Shown here one piece after another: positions 1-14,129 of a stretch of DNA of 64,000 nucleotides. Within the stretch, counting starts at the first letter, position 1; every line of letters begins with the position of its first letter. Below the pieces are notes generated by a model, which was not told where the DNA came from, did not search any database, and saw only the letters and a program-made list of their open reading frames with translations. The stretch is taken from assembly GCA_965235115.1 (NCBI GenBank), contig OZ249436.1, forward strand, positions 42,224,001-42,288,000, written 5' to 3'. The DNA comes from Laetmonice hystrix. Its lineage: Eukaryota. Position numbers and translations under genes: made by a program.

Positions 1-684
1 GTCTGTTATCAAATTACTTTAATACCTCCAATGAGCCTAACTCTACGGTGTATGTACACGAGCCACCGTAAAGTATACAAAGACAGGCCAGAACTGATCT
101 GTTTTCAGAGAGGCACGGCTATCGTCTGCGGTTTGACACCGACATAGCAGTCCACCTCAGGACGGCACGTCTTCTGAACCAAACACATCAACAAACAGAC
201 GACGCGGCTGCGCGTCAGTGGATCAGACACCCCGCAGACGTACCGCTCGCATTAACATTAACCTGTCGTCACATTAATGGTCCACACAGACTTTTTTCAC
301 AAAATCTGCACTACATTTAACAATGATCTTCTTTTAATGTATTTTGACTTATTCTAGTTCTGTGTTATGCTGTCATGTTCATAAATTTAAGAAGTATTTT
401 CTTTTTCGATAGAACCCCCAGGTAAGGGAATATGATGGCTCAAACACGACACATAGCCAAAATTGTAGGACTCCTAACATATTGTTATCTTTCGTGCTTT
501 CCATTCTAAAACATAAATATGTTTTTGCCATAGGCCTATATAATCTGCATACTTTGAAACATCGACGAGAATACTCAGTAGAGAAACATACCACAAAAAC
601 AATGTCGGCCTAACAGGCCTGGTAGTGGTCTATGTGAGTATTTCTTGGCAGACCGCCCGAAGTGGTGAAAGGTATACTACATAC

Positions 685-1371
685 CTTCTCCATTGAGACG
701 ACTATGTTTCTATACAGCACCGAGTCAACAAAAGCAAGTAGCTGATAGGACGAGTATAGGCGTCATCTTTTTTTAGTGATTCCATACAGACTTTTAGCCT
801 CCTTCCATCTGTCATCTATACATTATTTCTACTGTATATATACAATACAATCATGCAAGTATATATTCTATAGCCTAAATGCAGCTCAATTACTAGACCC
901 CTATGCAGTATGTTTTGCAGAAGATCTGAACAATTGTCACTATCACGTGACCTTACTACGACTTAAAAGAAAATCACGATTAGATATACTGATATTATTA
1001 ATTGTATTAATCACACTCCTGAAGCCTTCGGTCCGACACGGCATAGTTATCGGATACATTGGCCCAGTGCCCTAGTCTCAATGGTATTTAGCACGTATAC
1101 ATGATCGTGCATGTATACGATATATTCCAGTGTATAAGATATGGATAGTCTATGTATGTCAGGAACATACGTCAGATACAACAATCCCAAATCCTGGCGT
1201 GCTAAACCTCCCAACATGTGCTCTACATTTTGTATATCCCTTTGACTTAATCCCCACGCCCTCCCGAACTTCAGACTTACCATGCAACCAGTCGACATTT
1301 TCACAGCCGAATTAGTACGGTTTGTCATCGCTGAGGCAGTGGTCCATCCCATTCATGGCTTTAATATATCA
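685..1371 (-). other. Two candidate spliced exons (1281-1371 and 685-741) of an unidentified leftward-transcribed gene
   Basis: Signals CTAATTCATTATCAG|..ATG|GTAAGT and TCCTATCAG|..AAG|GTATGT. Phase-compatible reading MGWTTASAMTNRTNSAVKMSTGCM-LLAFVDSVLYRNIVVSMEK. No recognisable homology. Confidence 0.25.
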
Positions 1372-4300
1372 CTGATAATGAATTAGACCCACAATCGTTT
1401 ATCCTCTCACACTTTAAAGGCAATCCCCCTCAGGTCGTCCTGTCCCATTGTAAAGCATGTGTGACCTACCTTTAAAATGTAGGTCTCCATGTCCTTAGAT
1501 GGTACACTCCTCTAAAAGCAAGCAGCGAGGGGTACAGACCAACATTATAGAGCGTGTCGGAAATAATGCGGAAATATGCCTACACTGCGACAGAGCCCTG
1601 CTTAAAAAAATAAAGTTACGTCTATGCCTGGACGACACCGATTTTCCGCAGGTATTGTTATAAATAATGTTATAATTGTAACCAGGTGGTCTGATGAGGT
1701 TAATGAGGGCATCAGGTATGACTCTGCAGGTCAGGATCAAACGGACGAGGCCAGGCAGACACACTGACCTTTCTACATGTCTGCTGAATGTGTGGATCCT
1801 GCCCGATGTGGTTGGTTGTCCCAGCACAGACCTGGTTGTCCCAGCACAGACTCGAATGAGTCAGGTTGGCCAAGCCGACAGACCCTGAATGAATGATTAT
1901 TAAGTCCGGCTCTCCCAGCACAAACTCAATGAATGATAACCTAAGTCAGGTTCTAGCCCAAACACCTTGAATAATAAGTCAGGTTCTAGCCCAAAAACCT
2001 ATGTCGGGCTGTCAAATCTGAGCCCCACGATAACTCAGTGAATAATAATTTAAAAAATCTTGTTATCACTGACATTTTCATAAACCATTATGGTTTCCCT
2101 ACTTTGGCTATTATCCGTAGGGCTATTTTCCCGACGTGGGTTTAGGAGGTGGGGGTGGGAGCAACACTTACCCCAGATCTGGATCTTTTGTGCCTAGTGA
2201 TCTCCACAGGATCCGATCACCCCTAGCGAGCCTCTCTACACAGGCCAGAGTGTAGGTATGATCCACCAAGCCTGGGTCCATACCAGAAACCACATGTGCC
2301 AGCCAAGTTCTATGTGTCTACGACTTCCCGCACCAGACTGACCGCAACTGTCCAACTTCGGGCAGATCCAAGGTCGGTCTATTTCCGTTCACTGGCCATA
2401 CCTTTACAAGATGTAGGTATCTAAACCCCTGCTGTAGGTATGCTGACGTGTTACATAGTCTATATGTACATGCATTGCTCTTTAAACAACAGGTAAGCCG
2501 ATTAAAAAACAAATAAAGTTTGGCTAGGCAGGCGCCTTATTACTCTATACTCACCTCACCTCGTACGGTCTAAGAGTGTTGCTTCAATTATACCGACCAT
2601 GATAGCGAGTCAGAAGATAATGGACGCGCTTTATAGGCCTACCAGAGGCTGACGGCGTATGTAGATCAACTATGGTAGATTCTCACGGGAGAACCTCTAT
2701 ATTGTAGCCGGGAACATCCTGGAGGAATGCAAATGCACCCCAGTAGAGGGTACATGGCGGCAGGGAGGCAGCGGTCATCAGTCGGGTCGTTGTGATGGGG
2801 ATCGATATGGCAGTATTTGCACACACCGGCAATGACTGGAACCGGCCGCACCTTGGGCCGGACTCGTCTACAACCGGCGGGGTACTACACGCCACCCGGC
2901 CAACAAGTCCTGGTCCGGGCGGGCGGGGTGCATGGGACAACGGTCAACCTCCCCCCCCCCCCCCCCCCCCCCATTCACGAGGGGTTCGTGTCAATCATCA
3001 GTCCACACTCGTTACAGCGAACGACATAAAAAACTAAAAACGTCTTTACTAACTTCGCGCAGAGTACGAAGGTCATAACGACCTCATGTCAGACTCCGTG
3101 GGGCTGGTGAGGGCCTGCTAACGTCATTACAATTTACATCTAAACCAAACTTATCAGGGATGTCGAAACGAAATGAAAACTGATTGGACTTAAACTCTGC
3201 CACATAGCATACCCTGCATGGAGAATCCCTATATCACCATATTTACCCCCCTCCCTGGGGAAGGAAGGGGGGGGGGCAGTATAAGGAAGCAGATAGGAAG
3301 AAAGAGTTCATTTATCATCGAGTTACAAAATCACGGGACACTGGTGTTATTTAAAAAGGTTTCCAATTGTCTATAATGTCTAACCTGTGAAGGCAGAGTT
3401 TCTTAGAAAGATGCCTCTATTTACATTCCATTTCCTCATCCCATTGTGTCTTGCCATTTCTAAGAAGGTATCGACAAGAGTCTGGTACCAAGGTAAGTAC
3501 ACGCGCGCAAAGTTCGTGCCCTCAGGTCAAGAACAAGGGACTCTGCAACGTTTGAATGGCAAATCCGGCTTCAAGGAAAATCAGGGTATGTTTGAAATGG
3601 TGTATCCAAATAGCTTCCAGGAAATTGGTAGTAATCACAGGAAATCCTTCCCGGAATGGCCACTGAAGCCCTTTCCCATCCTTAGGGACCTTTGTATAAA
3701 TTCCTGGCTGTCAACGTTATAAATCATACCTTTTCATCCACACATCCATTCTAACACGATAATTTTCGAGCATATTACTAATAATGTTTAATATTTAGAA
3801 TTCAGGTGTACACATGAATATTTCTAGCTTTAAGATGATTACAATATGATTACAATATGATTACATTGAGTCACTAAGAATATCGAATCCCAGTTTCGCT
3901 AAGAGATGTATTACTTAATTCGCCGAGATAATATGCATAAGCCTGGCTGAAAACCAATAAAACTACAACCAACGTTAAACTTGATACCATATTGTCAGTA
4001 GACACGAAGATACATATAGTTTGCCTCGGAATCGCTTAATTAGCACAAATCTGTCACAACCTTAAAAGTTCGTGACACTGGTGGAAACCGCGATGATCAG
4101 TGAGTCCTCGCATTCTACGCTAGCTGCATTCATTGCAGCAATACCATATCGTCATTCTCCAAACTTCGCGTGCAATGACGAGAACACGTTTCACAACTTA
4201 TGGGCACATTTCATCCACATATGATATTTGGCTCTATAAAAGTATAGAGTCTACTGATGTTATAGGAAGGTATAGACCGCGCCTCCGCTGGGCCATTGTC

Positions 4301-6703
4301 GCAGTGTCAGTGATTGCATAATGTAAACATTGGCAGCGACCGGGTGTACGCTTCTGTTTTTCTCGCTAATGAAGCAACTCTGAGAACTTATGCTTATGGA
4401 TATATCTTTGCCCTATCTTTAACTATACATGTTAATAGAGGCATTTCGATGTCTACACGCCGTTCCTACAAGAAGGGTCCAGAGAATCGATAGGGGGTGC
4501 ATGTGTGTGTCTAAAATGGTAACGTTTTTAAAGAGGTTGACTTTGTCCCAAGTATGCATGTTCCATAATGCAGCATAATAATATGCATGGCTTATTACAT
4601 GAATGGGTATCTGTGCGGGGCAATTATCGACTGCGGGCCTACCATCAAAATTAATATAAGGGGTTTCTATCTGAACGCGAATTTTCAGAGAGGGGGAGGA
4701 GGCATGAAAGCATTGCCGACTTAGTGCAACGGGCAAGTCGAAGGTGGTCCCGTAATCGGGGGGGGGGGGGGGGGGTTACGAGTACCCAACCACAGAGCCA
4801 GCGAAAACTTGTCTGGTAAATATAAAAATCTGAATATTAAACTACTGAAAACGACCATTTGGGCCTATATATTTAAAAGTCCGAGTAAAACAAGTTCCAA
4901 CACTCTGGTTCTCCGCCAGGGGTCTCCACCAGGGGGCGCTGTGAGGGATACATATCGCCTGATAGGATGTTTGCTTGCACGCATGCGTGACAATGAACAT
5001 GATAAGCACCACACTCCTTCCCATCATGGGAAGGAGTGTGGATAAGCACAATGCAGGATCTTACGTCTGACCAAACATGGGATCCGAAACGAGGCCTGTG
5101 TGATGGATTTTCGGATTGTAGACATCAATATCAGATCGTGACGTCATTATCCCCCCTCGTTTCTTGCGTCAAGGTCATTCATGATCAGTGTCATTATAAC
5201 TCATGAAAATCAGATTACGACAGTCATCGTGACAACATAGGCCTACGGCGGTAGATCTAACTATTAGGCCTAATAGGCTGAACTGATAGATGTAGGCTAC
5301 ATAGGCCTACTGGATTGCTGACAACATTTAGCCCCGGGGTAGAAATTGTACACTGTCCATCCTATCCTGTGGAGTAGGCCTACGCATTTGTATTGATCAA
5401 TACTTTGATCTGGGTTAGGTCTACTTATAGACCTACAGCGATCACCAAGGGTTTCAAAATAGAACAATTACACCCACCTGTTAGTAATTTCGTATCATAA
5501 TTAGGCAAGCAGAAGTTAAATAGGCCTACAACACCACTGGTTATTCTGATCGCCAGGCCTATTATAACGGGGTAGGTCATTAAGAAAGCATGTCCGGAGG
5601 CTGATCTGGGTTTAGCAACGTGTTTAGCGCACGTGTTTATCGGCTCGAGTTTAACACATTTTGTAAATAAAATCAATGCCATTGCATAATTTTGACTACA
5701 GGATGCACGCAATACCGTATCCTATAGGCCTAGGCTATACGGGGCATCGTACTCTTCCCCGTGTCGGTGGCGAGTGGTAAGTAAAACACATGATTTCAGG
5801 TTAGTGCTGGTTTGCGAGTCCCCCCTTAATGATTTTACTACGGTAGGCCTACTGATAGTAGGATGCTCTACGCCTTCGGGAAGGTCTACAGTGTCTGTGT
5901 GATGGTGGGGTGGGGGGCATCGTTAGCCTATAAACCTGTGGGGGTGGACGTGGGGGTAACTCACTACCTGGTTTAAAAAACAGAAAGAAGTTTCCATCGG
6001 AAATGCCACATGTAAGTCATTACTGTGCAAACTGTTTCGTAAACCGTTTTGACGTATTGCCACGTCATCAATGCTGGTCAAGATCCAGGATTTTGTAAAG
6101 GGGGGGGGGGCAAAATTGGGCCAAGTGGAGCTTCAAGTAAAACTGACAAGGAGAGGGCAAGGTCCTCAGATTAACAGAAAATAGATTTTTTTTTTTTAAA
6201 CTTGGGCTGGGGGGGGGGGGCAAGGCCCCCTAGATCTGCAATGAGTACAGCTTCTGCGCTCACGTGGAATGGTAAATCAGTTATCATGTCGGTATAGGGT
6301 TTCACAAACTTTACGGTCTTCATTCAGTTCTAATGGCAGCATCAGCAGTTCGCAGTTTTCTGACCCTGGCATTATTTGCCTCGGGACAGTATGCTAATTC
6401 TCGCTGACAACACCATACCATTCGCATCATCATACTTACTACATGTGTAATTTAGCACACCTCACGTGTCCCATAGTGTGAGATCATTCAACTTTTTGTG
6501 CCACTTTGTCACAGACGTATGTGGGTGGGCCAAGAGACAGACATGTGAATAGGTTTGTTTGTTATAAACTTCAATGCATCAAGTGTTGAAGGAGTATAGA
6601 GAGCATGCTGCACTCTCGCCAATCAATAGCGCTGATACAAACCAATCTTGTCAGGCTTGCCCACCTGTAGTAAGGGCTGGTTAACAGCGGCAGTCAACTA
6701 ACC

Positions 6704-7173
6704 CAGTGCTGCCAATCTACCGGGGCTATACCCTTTTTTTAACAAAATGTATATTAATACTTTTTTAAGTGGAAAGCTAGTTTTTATACTTTTTTGTACC
6801 TTTTTCAACTGCAAATACTTTTTAAAATACTTTTTTCTGCCAAATCTGGTAATAAGCTCTTCCGACATAGATGTAAGAACATGATGAGCCCGACAGGTGT
6901 GCTAGTTTCTTTATAGGAATATGCGTGTTTTGTTGACTGGAGTTTGTTTGCTGAGCAGCACACAGAAATATGCAGCACTGTTTAGGCTCACCTTTTCTCA
7001 ACATTGTCCACATCACTCCTTAAAAATTTTTATCAAGTATCAAGTTATCAAACATGGGAACGAATCAGGGTAAATGGACGTATAGGAATTTTTTATATAC
7101 TTTTTCCGACAATGTGCATACTTTTTCTTGAAAGATTGGATATTTTTTGGTCCAACCCAGAGTGGCAGCACTG
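6704..7173. mobile_element. hAT-like MITE (~470 bp)
   Basis: Terminal inverted repeats CAGTGCTGCCAATCT ... AGAGTGGCAGCACTG around a T-rich non-coding interior. No clean TSD. The hAT assignment rests only on the CAG termini. Confidence 0.55.
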
Positions 7174-10100
7174 CAACTGTATACTCACTAGCTCTCAAGA
7201 CGTTGAATAGTTCATTCATCTGCCAACAGAGATCTGGGTCAAACCTCCCGACGATGTGGGTTCCACCCTACTTTTCCTATGCTCAACACTAAAGGTTCAC
7301 TTTCGTTTTTAAAGGGTTTTAGATTTGGTAATATAATCTACTTCAAAGTATGTGTATAATGGTTGTATTTTACGACTGGGCAATATTTTCAGACACCAGG
7401 CACATGTTGTGCGTTTGATTCCTAAAGGCATGGAATGCTTGGATCAGTGGAAAGTATGCGTCACAACATGTCGCTTTGCTCTTTGCTTTGGTGCGAAACA
7501 TGCAGCCTGCCCAATCTCCTGTGTCGTTTAAGGACATTTATTTGCCTGGGGGATTCTGACCTCCATGACACAGAGAAGAAAAGAAACCGTCCACTTGCCC
7601 CACGATGACAGCCAAGAGATTTCGATCCTCAGGGTGTTTCATTGAGCTTGAACTGATCGCTGATGGCACTCTGGCTACAGCCAGGTGTGCCTGACAGGTT
7701 TAAACCAGGTGACCTGTCGCTGACTAGAGTTAGTAGTACCTGTGTCAGTACTCACCTGAGGCAGTAGTGCCCCGGTAGGGATCCCTCTCTTCCGAGTCCG
7801 TCCTATAGCTAACTCGGTGGCCGATATTCTTCCAATCCAAAGTGAACTTCTAACACTACCACAAGAGATGGTCCATTAAGGTTGTGTTGTGATGCGGGTA
7901 ACACCACTATAGCCACCACCACCACCACCCTGTCAGGTTGGGACACGTACCTCAGCCAGCAGGGTTATATAGATGGAGCTTTGTTAAATGTGTATTGTAC
8001 ATTATATACATTCTGTGTGTCGCTGTGTATGTCCCATGTCTGCCGCGTTAGTCATGTCAGCTATCGCCTGTGTACTCGCCACCCCCGCGCTAGTCTCCCA
8101 TTGCGGCAGTGGCAGCAGGAGACAGGAGGTTAACCTGTACCCGAAACCTCAGGTATGCAAGTATCAGACTTGTTCCAATCTCTGCCCGTACAATATCTGC
8201 TGACATTATCATACCCGTGGTGAACATAAACCTTATCATACCTCCCGTCTTTCCTACTTCCTCTCCTCACTGCATCTAAGCGACAGGCATTTTTCATCCA
8301 GCATAAATGGACTTTTTATAGTTTTATTAGAAAAGATCATTTTCAACTCCTGCCGTTTGCCCTTAGAAGATTGGAAAATGGGGAGTACCTATACCCGATC
8401 GGGTGCAAATCATCTGACCGATTAAGGGGGGACTTATATAATATAATTATAATACTTGTATAATATTATATTGTAATGTAAGTAGAGTTACGGACATGTG
8501 CTGCTACCACAGAATTCCTTTTTCATTTAATTTTTTTATGTATATCAAAGAACAAGCCTTCCAATTAAAGTAAAATTGCAAAGACATTCTATATATTTAT
8601 AGGTCTATATAAATGTATATAGAAGGTGGAAGTATTTTTCAATACTTTCTGCACCGTGTTTTACCTTCCCTGTAAGAAGCCTGAATCTATCCGTCCATTA
8701 CAAAAGGACCGTAGTGGGCTTTCACCATTTCTCTTTCTTTTGTCCTTTGATTAGCATGGATTCAATCATTATGGACAAATGCCTGTGTCGTCATAATACC
8801 ATGCAGCCTTGCGTTCATTTCCCACACTTTGATTGCTGCGGGTTAGGTCGCCTCTATCCTCATGTGGCTCTGGCATTTTCTGTCAGGGCCTGGCAGATGC
8901 CTGACAGACTGACCTTTACATAAGACTGCCATATACAATATGCGCGATACGTCCTTTCCATTTCCTATAACGTCAGGAGGCTAACAAAATCTCCACCATT
9001 TTATTAGTAGCACAACCACGTAATCATTGTAGGACTTCTCTATGCACCGGTCTCGACATTGTTCTACTTCTTTCAGCTGCTCTCAAGCACGTCAGAGAAA
9101 CCAAGTGTGCCGACATGCTCATAGATATTATTTTCATGCACTATTTCTGGTGACTCATATTTTATTAAACTAGTACCCAAACCATTGCTTTCTTTTTCAA
9201 TGGAAAAGAAATCACCAACATAATGTATCAACATAATGTTAGTAGTCCCCTCCGGCCTTACCTAAGTCAACACTTTCTACAAAGATGTCATTCATGATGA
9301 AAAACTTTGTTTGACCAGCCGAACCCTCATCAAACATCACAAATCTTGCTGACTGGCAGATTCACTGCCGCGTCAATTGTACTCGGGCAGGCGTCAATGT
9401 CACCCAATTACTATCCCGCCTACACGTGTCACAAAACGCGACATTTCAGGGGTCGCTTAGCGCCCGACACGTCACACCCCCAGCTCCGGTCCGGACCGTC
9501 CCAAGAACTGTCATGCTAAGTGACAGATCGAGACGGCATGGGGGTGGTATCCCGTAATTAACCCAGAGCTGTGGGCAAAAATATGTGGCAAAGCTCTTCA
9601 ATTCCACACATAATCAATCAGGAAATAGCGGACCAACAGTGCGGTTTACACGACCACTTGACTCTGTGGCGGGATTTTTATGCGGTGGGCAGAGTTCGCG
9701 CGTGACACATGCCTGCATGGCTCAAGTTGGCCGACAGTCAACCGGTGTCAATTGGTCCCTGTTTCTTAAAGAAGTCGGTACAACGTCAACCAAAGTGGGC
9801 GATAATGTCGTGACCATGACGCGGATAGATTGTGGTCTTCGCCGTTTCCAAACATTCTCACCATTGTACATACATGTTCTGTAGGTCTATTACCTAAAAC
9901 GGTACAAAATAAAACCAAGTACTATACAGTTCACCTCACCCACCCACCACCCACACTCACCCCAAACCCTTCTAGGGGGTTGGCGTGAGGGTGGAGTCAG
10001 TCCTCAGTCCTAGTTTTCGTTCTCTCTGGTCGAATCAAGCAAGCCATCAAATTCATCTGAGGCTGTGGACTGCCCCCTGTACAAATGTAATTTTCTTCCC

Positions 10101-10503
10101 TTTTTTTCTCAGACTTCCCCGAATTGACTTTGTTAGAACCTCCCCCTTCAGATTTCTCCCTAGGATTCGCGCCTCCATACTTAATTATCAATAATTTTTG
10201 TCAGAAACCGCAAAAGATGGAGATGGTGCACAGTCAGTGAGTGGAGTTTCTTTGTACATCGCCGGACTCCTGACGTTTGCCTTCGGGACATTTAAGACCA
10301 GCAAAGAACGCAGAAACGTCTTCCGGCATTTAGGTCTAAGTGCTTATTCTCCTCTCAGCACCATTCTCCGCTAACGGAACACCGCTTTGCCTGATCGACG
10401 GCTGGAGGGGTGAGGGGGTGGGTGGGCAGACGTTGGGCTGGAGATCTTGACCACTGGTCCGTCAACGGACACTGGTTAAAGCCGCTCTGGTTTCCGCACA
10501 AAC

Positions 10504-10700
10504 TGCGGGGCCGCGATGGCTCAGTGGATTAAGGCTCCGGCCCTTGGCCACAGAGTCCAAATCCCCTACGAGCCACAGGTGAGAAGGTTTGTGGTTAAAT
10601 GTCGTAATCTGCCGTTTTCCCGGGTTCGTCTAAGGCGCCGATATGAAGTTTGTTGGATTATAATGGATGAACCAGTTCAAATTGTTTCAGGGTCGTGGTA
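10504..10700 (+). mobile_element. Degenerate tRNA-derived SINE
   Basis: GGGGCCGCGATGGCTCAGTGGATTAAGG contains a Pol III A box (TGGCTCAGTGG), followed by a decayed SINE-like body (GTTTTCCCGGG..., CGCCGATATGA). The 3' end is approximate. Confidence 0.45.
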
Positions 10701-11405
10701 AGCTTGTATTGCCGATTGTAGGGGTCAGTTTTGACCCATACACTTCTCAGAAATCGCTGTCTGTGAAAGTACGTTCGGACGGAGGTCGAATTCGAAGCCC
10801 CGCACCACTTCCGGTTGGGGGCTAAAAAATAATGGATGAGATCTACCTCCCAAGGCGGTTCGTTTGCAAACGATTAGTCGTACTGATTTGTTTTAAATGA
10901 TATAACTACACTGAAATATCCAGAACATTCCAATTACCCTAGCCTTAAATATTCAAGACGTGAGAAAGCAAAGTAAAAGACGATACTGTACAGTAGTATT
11001 GACAAATACTTCTACCTTTTATATGACCATCTGGTTGTTGGCCAATATAATATTCTAACAGAAAAGCTAATCATCTTATGCCCTCAAGTTACAAACATCA
11101 TCGTTTTGCTTTCGACTAATGACCAACACACACACACACACACACACAAAACTGGGTAAAAGACGATCGTCTTTTTCAATTCTATGGAAATTATCCAATT
11201 TTCCGCGGAAATTTGACATCTTTCTATAGTTATTGACTCCAAGTATCGTATCAATGTGTTTTAAGAATGTCGATTTTAGAATTTTTTGCTAGGTTACCTT
11301 CACTTAAATTGTTGCAGACACGTCAAGACTGTGTATTCTGTTTGAAGCCGAATACAATGTTGCAAAGAATCAGGATAGTTCGAAAAGGCTGGGCTAGACT
11401 TGTGC

Positions 11406-11511
11406 CGGTTCAGGCACAGACAGTGAAATCCACGGTTCAGGCACAGACAGTGAAGTCCACGGTTCAGGCACAGACAGTGAAGTCCACGGTTCAGGCACAG
11501 ACAGTGAAGTC
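11406..11511. repeat. 27-bp tandem repeat x4 (CGGTTCAGGCACAGACAGTGAAGTCCA)
   Basis: Seen directly. It explains the (VQAQTVKST)n ORF. Confidence 0.95.
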
Positions 11512-14087
11512 TACCCGTTGATGCCGACGGAGAAGTATGCATAGACAGTAGACATTGTTTGTTTCTCGGGTATTTACACTATATAGTCCCCCCCCCGGCT
11601 TCTGAGACCCTCGGCGTCTACCCCGGTGAGTCCATTACAGCCAAGAGGCGGCGAGTGAACTGGATTCTGTCCGTGAACCATAAAAAGTTAACACTCAACA
11701 CACCAGTTGGTAAAAACAAGATTATGCAACAACAGGTGTCGGAGGCACTAATGTTTATAGTTCAGCAATGTTTTAAAAATATTTTCTGTTAGTCCGAAAA
11801 CCAGCTTGTAAATATCCACCTTACAGGTTCTGGTGCATGGGAAAATACGTCACTATATAATCGAACATTGCTATTCATTAAATATATTAATTCCCTGGAT
11901 GAATGAACGGATTTGCTGTCTACGTACGTTTGAAATTCCTTTCATGAAAGATTGACTGGTGTAAATAATAAACACTTCCTGCATTCACTGAATTGAATCT
12001 TAGTAGATTCCCTCAAGTGGTGCCTGATCAAACTCCCTCACAATTCATACATCCTTTAATGAATTAGAAACCCGAGGTGTTTTTCTTTTTTTTCTCTCTT
12101 TTTTTTTGTGACGACGGGGAGCTAGGGGTTATTTCAGTAGTTTAGCTTTCTTTTATTTTCAGATGATTTCTGATTTGAAGGTTCCGTGCTATGACGCGTA
12201 CGGGGGGGGGGGGAGAGTGACCGTTCGTAGAAAACACCCCACACCTCTTACCCTTCCATACCGAAAAGATCTATTTGGAAAATCAGTTCCTGAACACAAG
12301 AGGATTTAAATCTAACCACCACCCCCGTCCCCGCCCCCGCCCTGTATCTCTAAACATGCTAACCCATTGCTGGTGTCGTCAGAAAGGATTGCGCCCTACG
12401 TGCAAACAACCCCACTGACCGCCCAAACAGGCAGAACGATTCCCACACGGAGACAAGCAAGGGTAAAACAAACAATGTCCACGGCGGGCAAGTCTGATTA
12501 ATTGAGTCCGAGAATTCCTATTTATGATTTCCTGTCTTATGACAGCAGATATGAAATTTCATCTCGCATCGTTATCCTCCAAAAATAAACTGAAATGTTG
12601 TGCATGTCCAAAATCTGTCCACAAAAAGAACGCCCCCAAAATCGCCTACGAAATTATTGACATTATTATAGGTCAAATACAAACCTGAAAGAAATTAGAA
12701 GTCAAAACACCTCATGGTGATTATGAGATGTTTGAAATGAAATCAAGATGTGCCAATCCTCACCTGATCTGACTGATGTAGATGTCTCGTTCGTTGTCAT
12801 CTGAGCAGACGCAACTACATCTCATGATCTGCCCAGGTGTCATTCACCTGCCTACCATAGAGTTACTTCCCGGGCAGATCTGACGTCAAACGTTCACTCA
12901 GAGAGAGAGAGGGGAGCATATCGTTACCATTTAAACAACCACTGTATACGAGTGGGCGGCCCAGCTACGCGTGGCTAGGCGGGACTCCGTTCCTTACATT
13001 ATGCATACAGATCCTGTCCTGTCTACAGGCCAGTAAACCTTGGGCTTAAGTTATGTTCACGGCCCATTAAGCCCACAGTCAAACATACAGGTACAAACGG
13101 ACCTGAAAGGGTTATGTAGTGCCTAGGGCCATTGCAACCGCCGCAGGTACGGGTGATATAAACCGCAAATCTATCCCTGTATAACAATGCCATGTATTCA
13201 AACTTTTCACTATGTAAACGGTACGTAAACAAACAAGAAAATATTTAGGGTCGAATTAAAGGATATAAAAATGTTAGATCTACTTATTGTGCGATCATGG
13301 TGACTAATGGAAGGCCTCTAATCTCGAAGGCTTCTATAGGAGAGATATGCTCTCGTGTAAAATCAATATGATTACTTGGAAGAATTTCTGCAGCTTTGTC
13401 TAATAACGGCACATTGCACGAAAGACAAGAATATTCTCATTCTAATGACCCAGAGTATAATTTCATAATTAAGCAGTCCTACATGAACTTTAGATCTACA
13501 GTTGCAAAACTACTTGTGCGGCATTGCCTGACGGTCGAATGTGGACTCAAAATTTGACTTCAAGGATATAGGCCTATCTTCGCTACTTTCCTGGTGACTA
13601 GATCTGCTACATAAATAAAATTAGCTTTACATGAGTAGGCCTAACTATTATGACATTAGCAACATCTGCTTTTATTCTTCCCTCTTGTGTAGCCTACATC
13701 GCTTACAAACTTATGATAACTTTCAGTTCGAAGCCGATTGCACACGACTAGACTCAAGCGACGTTCGAAATGATGACTCTAGTTCTCGCAGCGACCACCA
13801 GGCGAGCAGGTCCGAAGAGGAAACCGACAATAATACTGATGCTACCATCTGGCGAAGACTGTCTGAACCATTTTGGACTGTGCGGCTGTGGACCAACGAA
13901 TGGCCTATTGACCCCCGCCCGGTATCTACACGAGTGGGGTTGTCCTAAATCTACGGCTGTATTGAAGTAGGCCTACTATCACGGGTTTCCACACCTGTGG
14001 GCGGTTTTATATATAGCGGTCTTTAAAGTTGAATCGTGCCACAGGATCGAACCACTTCAAAATCCATCTGTTCTAATCGTCAGCTGC

Positions 14088-14129
14088 TATTTCAGGATGC
14101 CATGACAGCAGTCATGGCATCCTGAAATA
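14088..14129. repeat. Perfect hairpin, 19-bp stem / 4-nt loop
   Basis: TATTTCAGGATGCCATGAC-AGCA-GTCATGGCATCCTGAAATA. Confidence 0.95.

Noticed and set aside
1281..1356. Superficial likeness of MNGMDH..DDKP..SAVKM to CELF-family N-termini
   Set aside because: It needs a frameshift, and the RRM residues (FVGQ) are absent.
10504..10580. Possible tRNA gene
   Set aside because: Only the A box is recognisable, with no cloverleaf or intact T arm. Treated as a SINE head.
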